NCBI GenBank assembly: GCA_039589315.1
Contig: JBDHHQ010000031.1
Coordinates: 1-45,648, forward strand
Source of the DNA: Gemmatimonadota bacterium
GTDB taxonomy: Bacteria; Gemmatimonadota; Gemmatimonadetes; Longimicrobiales; Gaopeijiaceae
Length of the DNA stretch: 45,648 bases
Direction of reading: 5' to 3'
The position numbers and the translations under genes are program-made. Of the stretch, positions 1 through 9,019 are shown in pieces; the stretch's first letter is position 1, and every line of letters starts with the position of its first letter. Under the pieces are notes generated by a model. It searched no databases and was not told the origin of the DNA. It was given only the letters and a program-made list of their open reading frames with translations.

Positions 1-640
1 GCAGATAGGGCTCCTGGTCCGGCTTCGGGAACGGCATGTTGATGTCGCTGTGCAGGATCACCACCAATCCCACTTCGCCGGCGAGATCGAGAATGCGGTC
101 GAGCGCCGGGTTGGTGATGCTGGCCACCTCGCCCGCCACCTTCGCCGATACGAACTCCTTGTGGATCGTGAATTCGCCGATCCCCGAGAACACCCCGGGG
201 AAGGTCTCGAGCACGCGGCGGATGTGATCGGCGGCGTACACGTCGGCCGGATTGAAGCCGGTGATCATGGGGTCGAGCCGCGCCTGCTCCTCCGCGCTCA
301 GCGAGCGGTACGCCATCGCGATGTCCGCGTCGGTGAACGAGTAGTAGTAGAGCGGCGCGTCGGAGTGCAGGTAGTAGGTCGGCGCGAAATCGCCGGTGTT
401 CTGATACGACCACTGCTGCTGCAGGGGGATGCCGAACAGGGTGGAACGACCGATGGTCGACCCCATCATCGCGACGAACTCGCGGATGTCGGTTCCCTCC
501 TGGACGTAATTCGTCAGGTGAAAGTGGGAGTCGTGGAAGGTGGCGTCAGCCGGCACCTGCGCAGCGACCCGACCGCCGAACGGCGCGAGCACGAGGAGCA
601 GCGCGAGCAGCGACGCGATGGTTGTCCCGTTCGAGTTCAT
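1..640 (-). CDS. Exported amidohydrolase-family (metal-dependent TIM barrel) protein, 3' end runs off the window
   Basis: Missing from the ORF track and translated by hand from ATG at 640: MNSNGTTIASLLALLLVLAPFGGRVAAQ...FHDSHFHLTNY...GIGEFTIHKE...VILHSD. Signal peptide, DxHxH metal motif, GIGE and LHxD motifs; AGGAG RBS at 646-650. Confidence 0.8.
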   Translation of the reverse strand, partial: MNSNGTTIASLLALLLVLAPFGGRVAAQVPADATFHDSHFHLTNYVQEGTDIREFVAMMGSTIGRSTLFGIPLQQQWSYQNTGDFAPTYYLHSDAPLYYYSFTDADIAMAYRSLSAEEQARLDPMITGFNPADVYAADHIRRVLETFPGVFSGIGEFTIHKEFVSAKVAGEVASITNPALDRILDLAGEVGLVVILHSDINMPFPKPDQEPYL

Positions 641-665
641 TGTCGCTCCTATCCGGACGTCGTCC

Positions 666-2207
666 TCAGAAGAACACCGAGGCCGCAAGTGATACCGTCG
701 TGCCGACCTGGCCCGCCGTGTAGTATCCGAAGACGCTGCCCGCCGCCGAGCGGTTGATGTCCATCACCTGGAGGTTGAGCCGGTGGTTGCGGGTGTCGGC
801 CAGGTAGTAGTTCAGCCCACCCAGGTACTCGTTGGCGGTCCCGAACCCGGCATCCTCGTCGCCGTAGATCTGCGACGTCGCGCCGTAGAGCTCGAGCTTC
901 CTCGGGATCGGGAAGAAGGCGGCCTGCACGTAGAAGCCCCAGTCCTTGAGCTCGCTCACCGGCAGCGGACCGTCGGCAAGGAAGCCGTTGAGCGTTCGCC
1001 AGTAGAACTCGGTCTGGAGGAACACCCCGCGGTACTTCGCACCGGCGTCGAACGCGAGCACATGGTAGTCCGCGAAAGTGATCGTGACGTCCGGCGCCAG
1101 GGAGCCCGTCTCAAACAGGTTTACGCTGTCGACCAGCTTCAGCGTGGTGTTACTGGGATCTTCCCCGATTTCGGTGTAGCGCTGCTCCCCGCTCCAGTTG
1201 GCGGAGAATCCGAAGCGCGTGGCCACCTTCTCGTGCATCTCCCAGTCGCCGTAGGCGCCTCGCGGACCGAACTCCCTGGTCGTGGGCATCCACCAGACGG
1301 AGCCGCCGTAGGTGAACTCGCGATCGAGATCGTCGGCGGTGTACCCAAGGCTGCTCGAGGAGTTACCCATGGAGACGTTGTAGAAGAGCCCGGGCACGAT
1401 CTCGCCGTTCGCATATATCCCCTGGCTGAAGAACGAGCGGAAGAACTCGTCCGCCATGACGCGGTCGTGCCCGAGCCAGTAGGGATGAGAGCCCAGCAAC
1501 GAGCGCGAGCTGGGGTTTCCGTAGATACCGCCCCAGAGATTGAAGTGCTTGTTGAAGGTGTAGCCGATGTTGCCGAACAGGCGGCTGTCATTGGTCGCAT
1601 TCAACCCCCAGAAGCCGATCATGTACTTCAGCTTCGGCACACCCACCCAGCCACTCAGCCAGACCAGTATCCGATGGGAAAAGATGTCCTGTCGCGTAGT
1701 GACGGGGCGCTCCCGGCCGAGATGGTCGGTGAAGGTCTGGTCAGCGGGCATCTGGTTCATGGAGCGCACCAGGGCGTAGACGCTGAGCGACACCTCCCCG
1801 ATCGGGCTCCGGCCCAGCAGGAATCCTTTCCCTGGATCGAAAAAGCCCCACCTCTCTTCAGGGTGCTCGCCGTCGGGGTCCTGGTGCAGGATCAGGAACT
1901 CCCCGCTGCAGCCCTCGGAGACCCAGATACCCTGGTCGTCGTAGCCCCAGGTGCTCCCGAAAACACACTCGTCGGTCCCGACGGAGCGCTGGAGCCGAAC
2001 CCCGGCGCTGGTGTCGGCGTCGCAGCGCTGGCGATCGAGATCAGCCGACGCCGAGGTGCAGGTCACGATCACGGGTTCTTGCGCCGGTTCGTTGGCGGAC
2101 TGGGCCGCCAGGCCCCGGGGCGTCGAAAGCACAAACGCGAGGAGCAGCAGGAGAACAGGCGGACCGAAGAGCTGAGGCCATCGACCGAACTGATTCGTAG
2201 AACTCAT
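666..2207 (-). CDS. Outer-membrane beta-barrel (porin-like) protein with N-terminal DUF3011-like Cys-containing domain
   Basis: Signal peptide; CTS...RC...EC..GSTWGYD..GIWVSEGCSGEF resembles DUF3011; the rest has aromatic amphipathic strands and a C-terminal Phe; GGGAG RBS. Confidence 0.7.
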   Translation of the reverse strand: MSSTNQFGRWPQLFGPPVLLLLLAFVLSTPRGLAAQSANEPAQEPVIVTCTSASADLDRQRCDADTSAGVRLQRSVGTDECVFGSTWGYDDQGIWVSEGCSGEFLILHQDPDGEHPEERWGFFDPGKGFLLGRSPIGEVSLSVYALVRSMNQMPADQTFTDHLGRERPVTTRQDIFSHRILVWLSGWVGVPKLKYMIGFWGLNATNDSRLFGNIGYTFNKHFNLWGGIYGNPSSRSLLGSHPYWLGHDRVMADEFFRSFFSQGIYANGEIVPGLFYNVSMGNSSSSLGYTADDLDREFTYGGSVWWMPTTREFGPRGAYGDWEMHEKVATRFGFSANWSGEQRYTEIGEDPSNTTLKLVDSVNLFETGSLAPDVTITFADYHVLAFDAGAKYRGVFLQTEFYWRTLNGFLADGPLPVSELKDWGFYVQAAFFPIPRKLELYGATSQIYGDEDAGFGTANEYLGGLNYYLADTRNHRLNLQVMDINRSAAGSVFGYYTAGQVGTTVSLAASVFF

Positions 2208-2242
2208 GGGACGACTCCCTTTTCAACTAGGTCGGGATGGCT

Positions 2243-2626
2243 CTACCGTGTCGCACCCGGATCGGTGGACCGCAGCGCCCAGGCGATCGCGTCAAGCAGA
2301 GCCGTGCCGTCGACGGGCTTGCGAAAGAACCCTACCGCATTCATCGCATTTGCCCGGCGCCTGATCTCCGGCTCGTCGACGGCCGAAATGACGATGATCG
2401 GCATGTCTGTCTGGCGCGCCTCCAACTCCGCCACCAGTTGCCCGCCGGATCGCCCGGGCCTGTCGGCGTCCAGCACCAGGCAGCCGGACGTCCCGGGATG
2501 GACGGAGTCCAGTAGTTCGCTGGCGGAGCCGAACTCGAGCACGTCGTGACCCGCCGTACGCAGGAGGCGCACGAGGCCCCTCCGCGCCGACAAGTCGCCT
2601 TCTACGAGGAACACGCGACTGGCCAT
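2243..2626 (-). CDS. Single-domain response regulator (FixJ-like receiver)
   Basis: VFLVEGD...CLVLD...IIVISA...FRKP receiver motifs; no output domain. Confidence 0.85.
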   Translation of the reverse strand: MASRVFLVEGDLSARRGLVRLLRTAGHDVLEFGSASELLDSVHPGTSGCLVLDADRPGRSGGQLVAELEARQTDMPIIVISAVDEPEIRRRANAMNAVGFFRKPVDGTALLDAIAWALRSTDPGATR

Positions 2627-2658
2627 GCTGGGAGATACGCCCCGGGAAGGAGCGGGGC

Positions 2659-2678
2659 TATTACACTTTAGTCGTATA
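2659..2678. promoter_or_regulatory. Putative regulator-binding box, copy 1 (TATTACACTTTAGTCGTATA)
   Basis: AT-rich imperfect palindrome between the two response-regulator genes; 17/20 identical to 4685-4704. Confidence 0.55.
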
Positions 2679-2692
2679 TGGGGAGATGCCGT

Positions 2693-3319
2693 CTACTTGC
2701 GGGGCTCGGCTGGGGCGACCCCGGCGTGCTCGCACAGACGCACGAGTTCAGCGACCGAGCCGATCCCGAGCTTTTTCATCACGCGCCCGCGGTGGAGTTT
2801 TACCGTGGCTTCGGCGATCCCCAGTTCCCGGGCGATCTGCTTGTTGAGCAACCCGGAGATCACGTATTTCATGACCTCGTGCTCGCGTGGGGTCAGCTTG
2901 CCGATGCGCTCGTTGGTGGGGCCGCGCACTGCCAACTGCGCCCGGTTCTCCGCGTCAAGGGCCAGCGCTGCTCGGATGGCGCTCTGCAGGTCGCCCCGGT
3001 CGACCGGCTTGGTCAAGAAGTCGACAGCGCCTAGCTTCATGGTCCGGGCCGTGGTGGGTACGTCGCCGTGGGCGGACAGGAAGATGATCGGCATGCAGTA
3101 ATCGGACTTGCTCAACTCTTCTTGCAGCTCCGGTCCCGTCATTCCCGGCATTCGCACGTCCAACACCAAGCATCCGGGCCCGTCGCGCTTTCCCGAATCC
3201 AGGAAGTCCCTGGCGGACGCGAACGACTCGGCTCTCCATCCTGTCGCGCGTATCAAACGCGTGAGCCCGCGCCGGGCCGACGGATCGTCGTCGACAATGT
3301 GGACGGTCGGCTCGACCAT
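2693..3319 (-). CDS. FixJ/LuxR-family response regulator (REC + LuxR HTH)
   Basis: Start reassigned to ATG at 3319 (MVEPTVHIVDDD, GAGGTG RBS). LVLDVRMPG, FLSAHGD, FLTKP, and the HTH LTPREHEV...NKQIARELGIAEATVKLHRGRVMKKL. Confidence 0.92.
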   Translation of the reverse strand: MVEPTVHIVDDDPSARRGLTRLIRATGWRAESFASARDFLDSGKRDGPGCLVLDVRMPGMTGPELQEELSKSDYCMPIIFLSAHGDVPTTARTMKLGAVDFLTKPVDRGDLQSAIRAALALDAENRAQLAVRGPTNERIGKLTPREHEVMKYVISGLLNKQIARELGIAEATVKLHRGRVMKKLGIGSVAELVRLCEHAGVAPAEPRK

Positions 3320-3329
3320 ATCGGTCACC

Positions 3330-4508
3330 TCAATGGGGCACCGGGATGGCAAAACAAACGCGGGCACCACCGTTGGGTCTGTTTCCGGCCCACATCCGAC
3401 CGCCGTGCGCTTGGATGATCGACCTGCTGAGCGCCAGGCCCATGCCCGTGCCTGCGGGCTTCCACGTTGCCAGCGGTTCAAAGATCCTGTCGATCTTTTC
3501 GTGGTCGATACCCGGACCGCGGTCCTCCACGCAGACAATGACCTCGTTCTCCCGGAGCGCCGTCGCAACACGGACAAGCCGCTCACCCCGCGGCACCGAC
3601 CTCATCGCCTGAACGCCGTTCATGATGAGGTTGAACAAGACCTGCTGGATCTGGACGTTGTTGCCGTTCACCCTGGGAAGCGATTCGGCGCACTCGGTGG
3701 TGAGCTCCACCTGCTGCAGCACCATTTCACTGCGCAGCAGCTGGGTCGTTTCGGCAACTACGGTGTTGATGTCGATCGGGGAGTAATCCTCTTTGTGCTC
3801 ACGATGCAGCTCGCGCAGGCCGCGGATGACGTCCCCCGCGCGTTTGGCGTCAGCCACGATCTCGCTCAAGACCTGGGCCAACTCGTCTCGCGTCCACCGA
3901 TCGCTCTCGAGCGTTAGCTCGGCGGCCTGCGCATTGCTCAAGATGCCGGTGAGCGGTTGGTTCAGCTCGTGCGCTATCGATCCGCTGAGCTGACTCAATC
4001 TCGCGGCACGATCCACCCGAGCCAGCGTTTCCCTTTGCTCGCGTGCGTCGCGCTCGGCATGCTTGAGCTGGGTGATGTCCATGTTGATGCATACGACGGA
4101 TTCGACCGCTCCCCGCTCGTCTTTGATCGCGTACAGGTGGGCTTGGATCCAGATTGTCCTCGCCTCTATGTCCTCCAACCCCATCTCGTCCACTGCGCGC
4201 TTTCCGCTGTATTCGATCGGTGGCAAGACAACGGGGTCTCCCGCAAAGGCCTTTTCGACCAGTGGCATAAGGCCGGCCTCTTCGACCTGCGAGTCCGTCA
4301 GGAAGTTGAATTCCTCCATCACTCGGGCTGTCTCCGATTCGCCGAAGCCCCAGCCCTTCATCCACGCCGGATTCACCTGAGCGAGCTTTCCGTCGGGCGT
4401 GTTGATCGTAATACCCAGCGGCGACTGCTCCATGAGAGCGCGAAAGCGCTGCTCGCTCTCTCGCGGCTTCGCTTCCACCTGCTCGCGATCCTTTATGTCC
4501 TCTACCAC
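3330..4508 (-). CDS. PAS-domain sensor histidine kinase (FixL/NtrB-like), apparently N-terminally truncated
   Basis: H-box SIAHELNQPL, N-box QVLFNLIMNG, DRGPGI, GTGMGL; one PAS domain. The ORF begins in the middle of a PAC motif (VEDIKDR). Confidence 0.85.
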   Translation of the reverse strand: MVEDIKDREQVEAKPRESEQRFRALMEQSPLGITINTPDGKLAQVNPAWMKGWGFGESETARVMEEFNFLTDSQVEEAGLMPLVEKAFAGDPVVLPPIEYSGKRAVDEMGLEDIEARTIWIQAHLYAIKDERGAVESVVCINMDITQLKHAERDAREQRETLARVDRAARLSQLSGSIAHELNQPLTGILSNAQAAELTLESDRWTRDELAQVLSEIVADAKRAGDVIRGLRELHREHKEDYSPIDINTVVAETTQLLRSEMVLQQVELTTECAESLPRVNGNNVQIQQVLFNLIMNGVQAMRSVPRGERLVRVATALRENEVIVCVEDRGPGIDHEKIDRIFEPLATWKPAGTGMGLALSRSIIQAHGGRMWAGNRPNGGARVCFAIPVPH

Positions 4509-4680
4509 CGATACCCACCATGCCGGTTCACCGGCTTCGTCGCGGAACAGAGACTAGGTCGAGGTGACCCACACGTCTCGCCGTTCTTGCAAAGATACAG
4601 CGTCTCGGAGGAAGCCGAACCCTGGCCGGCCCGGCACGACGGAGGACCATACCCTCCTGCTGGTCTGGGGGAGCTGAAGT
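4509..4680 (-). pseudogene. Decayed PAS/PAC coding remnant upstream of the kinase
   Basis: Pieces across frames read PPDQQEGMVLRR / RAGQGSASSETLYLCKNGE / VWVTST*SLFRDEAGEPAWWVSVVEDI, a PAS_3-PAC-like pattern with an in-frame TAG at 4554-4556 and about two frameshifts. Confidence 0.65.
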
Positions 4681-4684
4681 CGCG

Positions 4685-4704
4685 TATACCACTTTGGTCG
4701 TATA
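4685..4704. promoter_or_regulatory. Putative regulator-binding box, copy 2 (TATACCACTTTGGTCGTATA)
   Basis: Imperfect palindrome TATACnAC-N4-GTnGTATA in the divergent intergenic region; matches 2659-2678. Confidence 0.55.
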
Positions 4705-4901
4705 CCCGCCCGTCTCACGAAGGGATACCATCAAACTGCGGCCCCGGAAAGGTGAAGACGGCACCGACGCGCGCACTGAGCGATCGAGCATGAAGCTCGG
4801 GTTGAACCGGACCGCGAAGGGCCGCGTGTGACCCGCTGGGTCCTCGCACGGTGAGCCGCGGCGTCGGAGCCGGTAATCCTGCGGAAGAGAGGAAGGACCG
4901 T

Positions 4902-5543
4902 ATGAGAAGGTGGTGGCTTCCGGTGGTGCCGGCGACCCTGGTCGCGATCCTCTCGTCCTGCTACCCGGGCGAGATCTCGAGTACTGGAGAAACCGACCTC
5001 GTCGTCACAGGTGCCAGGCCGGACTACGGCTTCAACAAGAAGACCTACTACATGTCGGACGAGGTCATCTGCATCGAGCTCGAGGAAGATCGTGGGGACT
5101 CGTGCGGTGATACGTTCGACGCCGACATCTTGGCGGCCGTCGAAGCAGGCCTCGCTTCGTACAACTACACGCGACTGCCTGTGACCGCAGATCCAGAGAC
5201 GGCTGACCTGCTGGTGCTCAACGCGATCACGGTGAACGTGAATATCGAGATCTGGACCTATTGGCCCGGATACTACCCGCCGTACTGGGGCTGCTGCTAC
5301 GGAGGCTACCCGTGGTGGCCGGTCAGCGGCGTCACGACCTGGCAGTCGGGTACCGTGCTCACGCTGATGCAGGACCCGGCGCTGGAGAGTTCCGCGGCCG
5401 AGGACGCTGGAGACGTGTGGGTCGGCGCCATGAACGGGCTGGCCGGGACCACCGATGCCGACGCCCGCTCCCGGATCACCCGGGGCATCGCCCAGGCGTT
5501 CGAGCAGTCGCCGTACCTGGCCGGCGGCTCGGCCGCCAACTGA
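4902..5543 (+). CDS. DUF4136-like lipoprotein
   Basis: Start at ATG 4902 after AGGAAGGA; lipobox LSSC; WPGYYPPYWG...YGGYPW aromatic tract, then GTVLTLMQD...VWVG...AFEQSPYL. Confidence 0.75.
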   Translation: MRRWWLPVVPATLVAILSSCYPGEISSTGETDLVVTGARPDYGFNKKTYYMSDEVICIELEEDRGDSCGDTFDADILAAVEAGLASYNYTRLPVTADPETADLLVLNAITVNVNIEIWTYWPGYYPPYWGCCYGGYPWWPVSGVTTWQSGTVLTLMQDPALESSAAEDAGDVWVGAMNGLAGTTDADARSRITRGIAQAFEQSPYLAGGSAAN

Positions 5544-5576
5544 CTCCATCAGGACCATTCATCCAAGGAGAGTGAA

Positions 5577-6176
5577 ATGAGAGCGATCGTTCTTGCACTG
5601 CTCCTGGTCCTGACGACGTCGGTCGAGGCCAAGGCGCAGGATTGGTGGTGGCAGTTCTCGTACAACATGGGGGCCACGTCTGGAGAGACGAGGGACTATA
5701 TCAGCCAGTTCAGCTTCCGGGGCATGGGCTTCCAGGGCCGGAGGTTCATGAACTTCCAGAACCAGTGGTCCCTGGGGTTCGACCTGAGCTGGCAGGTGTT
5801 CAACGAAACCAACGCCGGCACCACGGCGCTCGACGAGGAACGACGCAGCGCGATCAGCGGCACCGCGTTCAAGTACATCAACGCCTTCCCGATCCTGGTC
5901 AACGCACACTACTACTTCGGGAACGAGCAACGAGGGACGACGACCGGCTTCGCGGGCGTCAACACCGGCGTCTATTACATCGAGCAGAGGACCGAGGCCG
6001 GACTGTGGGCCCTCACGAGCGATGCCTGGCACTTCGGCATCGCGCCCGAAGTGGGCGTGGGTGTGCCGGCGGGTCGCACGTACATCACCGGTACGCTGCG
6101 GTACAACTGGACCGCCAAGGCCGAGGACCGGGACTACCAGTTCTGGTCGTTCATGATCGGGATCGCGTCGCGCTGA
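5577..6176 (+). CDS. Small outer-membrane beta-barrel protein (OmpW/OmpA-like)
   Basis: Signal peptide (EAKA-Q), amphipathic strands, PILVNAHYYF and HFGIAPEVG; AAGGAG RBS. Confidence 0.75.
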   Translation: MRAIVLALLLVLTTSVEAKAQDWWWQFSYNMGATSGETRDYISQFSFRGMGFQGRRFMNFQNQWSLGFDLSWQVFNETNAGTTALDEERRSAISGTAFKYINAFPILVNAHYYFGNEQRGTTTGFAGVNTGVYYIEQRTEAGLWALTSDAWHFGIAPEVGVGVPAGRTYITGTLRYNWTAKAEDRDYQFWSFMIGIASR

Positions 6177-6287
6177 GCGCTTCTTGGCGTCGTTGAGCGT
6201 CGGAGCTCCCGAATGCGTGAGCCTGAATTTCCAGATGCCGGGCTTGTCGGGCCACGACGCTCAGAGCCGCCTTAAAGGAGGATCACC

Positions 6288-6890
6288 GTGATATACCGTA
6301 GCTCATTCTTGTTCGTTTTGGCGTGGTTTGTGCTCGCGACCGGCGCCGAGAGCCAGATGCGATCCGGAGGCCCCTACTTCGGGATCGCCGGTGGGGCGTC
6401 CTCCAGCGAGATACGGGGAGACATCGTCAATACGGACTTCCGCTGGGGCGGTATGGCAGGCGCGTTCGTCGGCACTCGCCCGAACCGCAACTCCGTCACG
6501 ACCCTGGGGATCAACTGGGTGCAGAAGGGCGGCGAGGGTACGAGCCTGGACTACATCGAGATCCCGTTGACGGTCGGTGCGACGGCACCGCTCGGCGACG
6601 GATCGTTCGCCGCGACCCTTTACACCGGCATCGGTTTCGGATTCCAGATCTCATGCAGCTCCGAGGCAGCCCTCGGCGACGAGCCCAGCGCGGACGCCCT
6701 CTGCTCGAATGTCCACGACACCGAGTGGACCTGGCCGTTCGGCATCAGGTTGAGCCGGTTCGGCTCATCGGGGAGGCCCGTGGGCATCGATGTGCGGTAC
6801 GCATTGGGGCTCACCAACATCACCCCGGCCGTGTTCGCCTGGAACCGTGCCTGGCAGCTGCGGCTGTTCTTCGGAGTCGGTGGACGGTAG
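6288..6890 (+). CDS. Outer-membrane beta-barrel protein (PorT/OMP_b-brl_2-like)
   Basis: GTG start after AGGAGG; signal peptide; WVQKG...LDYIEIP...IDVRYALGL pattern. Confidence 0.7.
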   Translation: MIYRSSFLFVLAWFVLATGAESQMRSGGPYFGIAGGASSSEIRGDIVNTDFRWGGMAGAFVGTRPNRNSVTTLGINWVQKGGEGTSLDYIEIPLTVGATAPLGDGSFAATLYTGIGFGFQISCSSEAALGDEPSADALCSNVHDTEWTWPFGIRLSRFGSSGRPVGIDVRYALGLTNITPAVFAWNRAWQLRLFFGVGGR

Positions 6891-6958
6891 TCTCCGTCGC
6901 CCGGTCCGGCCAGTCAGCCTAGCCTGAAAACCTCTAAACTCCAACACGGAGGCTCTGC

Positions 6959-7579
6959 ATGAAGATCGAAGTCAAGGCCAGATCGATTCTCTTTACCGCC
7001 GTGACCCTGCTCATGCTGTCTGCATGCGTGTCCACCGGTAAGTACGACGCGATGGTGGCAGAACGTGACGTCGCCCTGGCACAACGAGACTCGCTCGCTG
7101 CCCAGAAAGCGGAGCTGGAGGCGGCGTACGACGATCTGAACGAGCTCCTGGCCGAGGAAATCGCAGCCAACACGCTCGCTCTGAGAGAGCTGGTCGACGG
7201 TGTCGAGGTCGAGATCCCCAGCGACGTTCTCTTCCGCTCCGGCGCTGCCCTCCCCGCCGTCAGTGACGAATCCCGGGAGCAGTTCCTCAAGCTGGCCGAC
7301 TACCTGAAAGACACGGACTTCTTCATCTCCGTGGTTGGACACACCGATTCGCAGCAGCCCACGCCCCGCCTAGCGGAGCGCTACCCCACCAACTGGGAAC
7401 TGGGAGGGGCTCGGGCGGCGGTCGCGGCGAGGTTCCTCGAGCGGGAGGGCGTTGACCCCACTCGCATCACGGCCAACAGCAGGGGCGAGCACGTACCGGT
7501 GACGACCAACGACACTGCCGAAGGGCGGGCGAAGAACCGGCGGATTCAGATCATTCTGCGGACGTTGCCGGAGGGGTAG
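6959..7579 (+). CDS. OmpA/MotB-family peptidoglycan-binding lipoprotein
   Basis: Lipobox LSAC, coiled coil, and VVGHTDS...NWELGGARA...NRRIQI OmpA-like C-terminal domain; GGAGG RBS. Confidence 0.85.
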   Translation: MKIEVKARSILFTAVTLLMLSACVSTGKYDAMVAERDVALAQRDSLAAQKAELEAAYDDLNELLAEEIAANTLALRELVDGVEVEIPSDVLFRSGAALPAVSDESREQFLKLADYLKDTDFFISVVGHTDSQQPTPRLAERYPTNWELGGARAAVAARFLEREGVDPTRITANSRGEHVPVTTNDTAEGRAKNRRIQIILRTLPEG

Positions 7580-7774
7580 ACCCGTGCCGCCTCCCGCGAG
7601 TTGGGTCCTTCGCCCGCGTAGATGTTTCGGCGGCGTCCAGTGCCACGCCTCAGCCGGTGCCGCGCGACAGACCGCAGAGATCGCCGAACAGACCGTGGAC
7701 TGCATGCGGCGCTCCACCCGTGGCCGCGCTGACTCCTGACCGTCATTGATCCGTCGACGTGGCGTCCAACGCCC

Positions 7775-9019
7775 TCAAAGGGCGATCCGCTCATTCACGT
7801 GACGACGCGCCAGCGCGGCGGCGCCCACCCGGCGAATGGCTAGCACGAACGCGGCCGTCCGCAGGTCGATCTTCTTCTCGGCGGCCGTGTCGCGCACGGC
7901 ACCGTACGCGCGCCGCATGATCTTCTCGAGCTCGGCGTTCACCTTGTCGAGCTCCCACCGGTATTGCTGGATGTTCTGCGCCCACTCGAAGTAGCTCACG
8001 GTCACGCCGCCGGCGTTCGCGAGGATGTCGGGCACGACCGTCACACCACGCTCACGCAGGATCTCATCGGCGCCGGGCGTCGTGGGCCCGTTCGCGCCCT
8101 CTACAACGATGCCGGCCCGGACGCTGTCGATGTTGTCTTCCGTGATCGCGTCTTCCAACGCGGCAGGGATCAACACGTCGGCGTCCCAGCCGATCACCTC
8201 TGGACTGTCGAACGTGTCCGCGTCCGCGAAGCCCTGCACGGTTCGATGCTCCGCAGCGTACGCGCATAGGGCCGGCACATCGAGGCCGTCTTCGCGGCAC
8301 ACGCCGCCCAGGTGATCACCCACCGCCACGATCTTCCCACCGCCCTCCGCGATGAGGCGCGCGGCGTTGCTACCGACGTTGCCGAAGCCTTGGAGCGCGA
8401 CCGTGACGCCTTCGAGCGAACGCCCCTGGTCCTTCAGCGCCTCCTCGAGGACATACAGGATCCCCCGTCCGGTGGCCTCCTCGCGACCGGGTGATCCGAA
8501 CAGGTCGAGCGGCTTGCCCGTGACCACGCCCGGCGAGAAGCCGTAATAGGACGAGTAGGCGTCCATGATCCAGCCCATGATCGTGGCATTGGTGTTCACG
8601 TCCGGGGCCGGAATGTCCACGGTGGGACCGATGATCTCCTTGATGCCCCGCACGAAGGTCCGGGTGATCTCGTAGAGCTCTGCGTCGCTCAACTGCGAAG
8701 GATCGCAGTTGATGCCGCCCTTGGCACCGCCGAATGGCACGTCGACCACCGCGGTCTTCCACGTCATGAGGTTGGCGAGGGCGGTGGCGTGGTCTTCGTC
8801 CATGTGGGGGTGGAATCGGAGTCCCCCCTTTCCCGGCCCGCGGGCGCTGTTGTGCTGGACCCTATACCCGAAGTGGTGCATCAGCTCGCCCTCGTCGTTC
8901 TCGGTCACGATCTCGACCTTGACGATGCGGTTGGGCGAGAGAAGCATCTCGCGGATCTTGCCGGACATATCCAGCTGGTCCGCGGCTTTGTTGAAGTAGT
9001 AGTGACTCTCCTCGAGCAT
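7775..9019 (-). CDS. gdhA: Glutamate dehydrogenase (Glu/Leu/Phe/Val dehydrogenase family)
   Basis: Start reassigned to ATG 9019 (MLEESHYYF, GAGGA RBS). GPGKGGLRFH, GGAKGG, DIPAPDVNT, QGFGNVG, EGANGPTT, ANAGGVTVSYFEW. Confidence 0.92.
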   Translation of the reverse strand: MLEESHYYFNKAADQLDMSGKIREMLLSPNRIVKVEIVTENDEGELMHHFGYRVQHNSARGPGKGGLRFHPHMDEDHATALANLMTWKTAVVDVPFGGAKGGINCDPSQLSDAELYEITRTFVRGIKEIIGPTVDIPAPDVNTNATIMGWIMDAYSSYYGFSPGVVTGKPLDLFGSPGREEATGRGILYVLEEALKDQGRSLEGVTVALQGFGNVGSNAARLIAEGGGKIVAVGDHLGGVCREDGLDVPALCAYAAEHRTVQGFADADTFDSPEVIGWDADVLIPAALEDAITEDNIDSVRAGIVVEGANGPTTPGADEILRERGVTVVPDILANAGGVTVSYFEWAQNIQQYRWELDKVNAELEKIMRRAYGAVRDTAAEKKIDLRTAAFVLAIRRVGAAALARRHVNERIAL

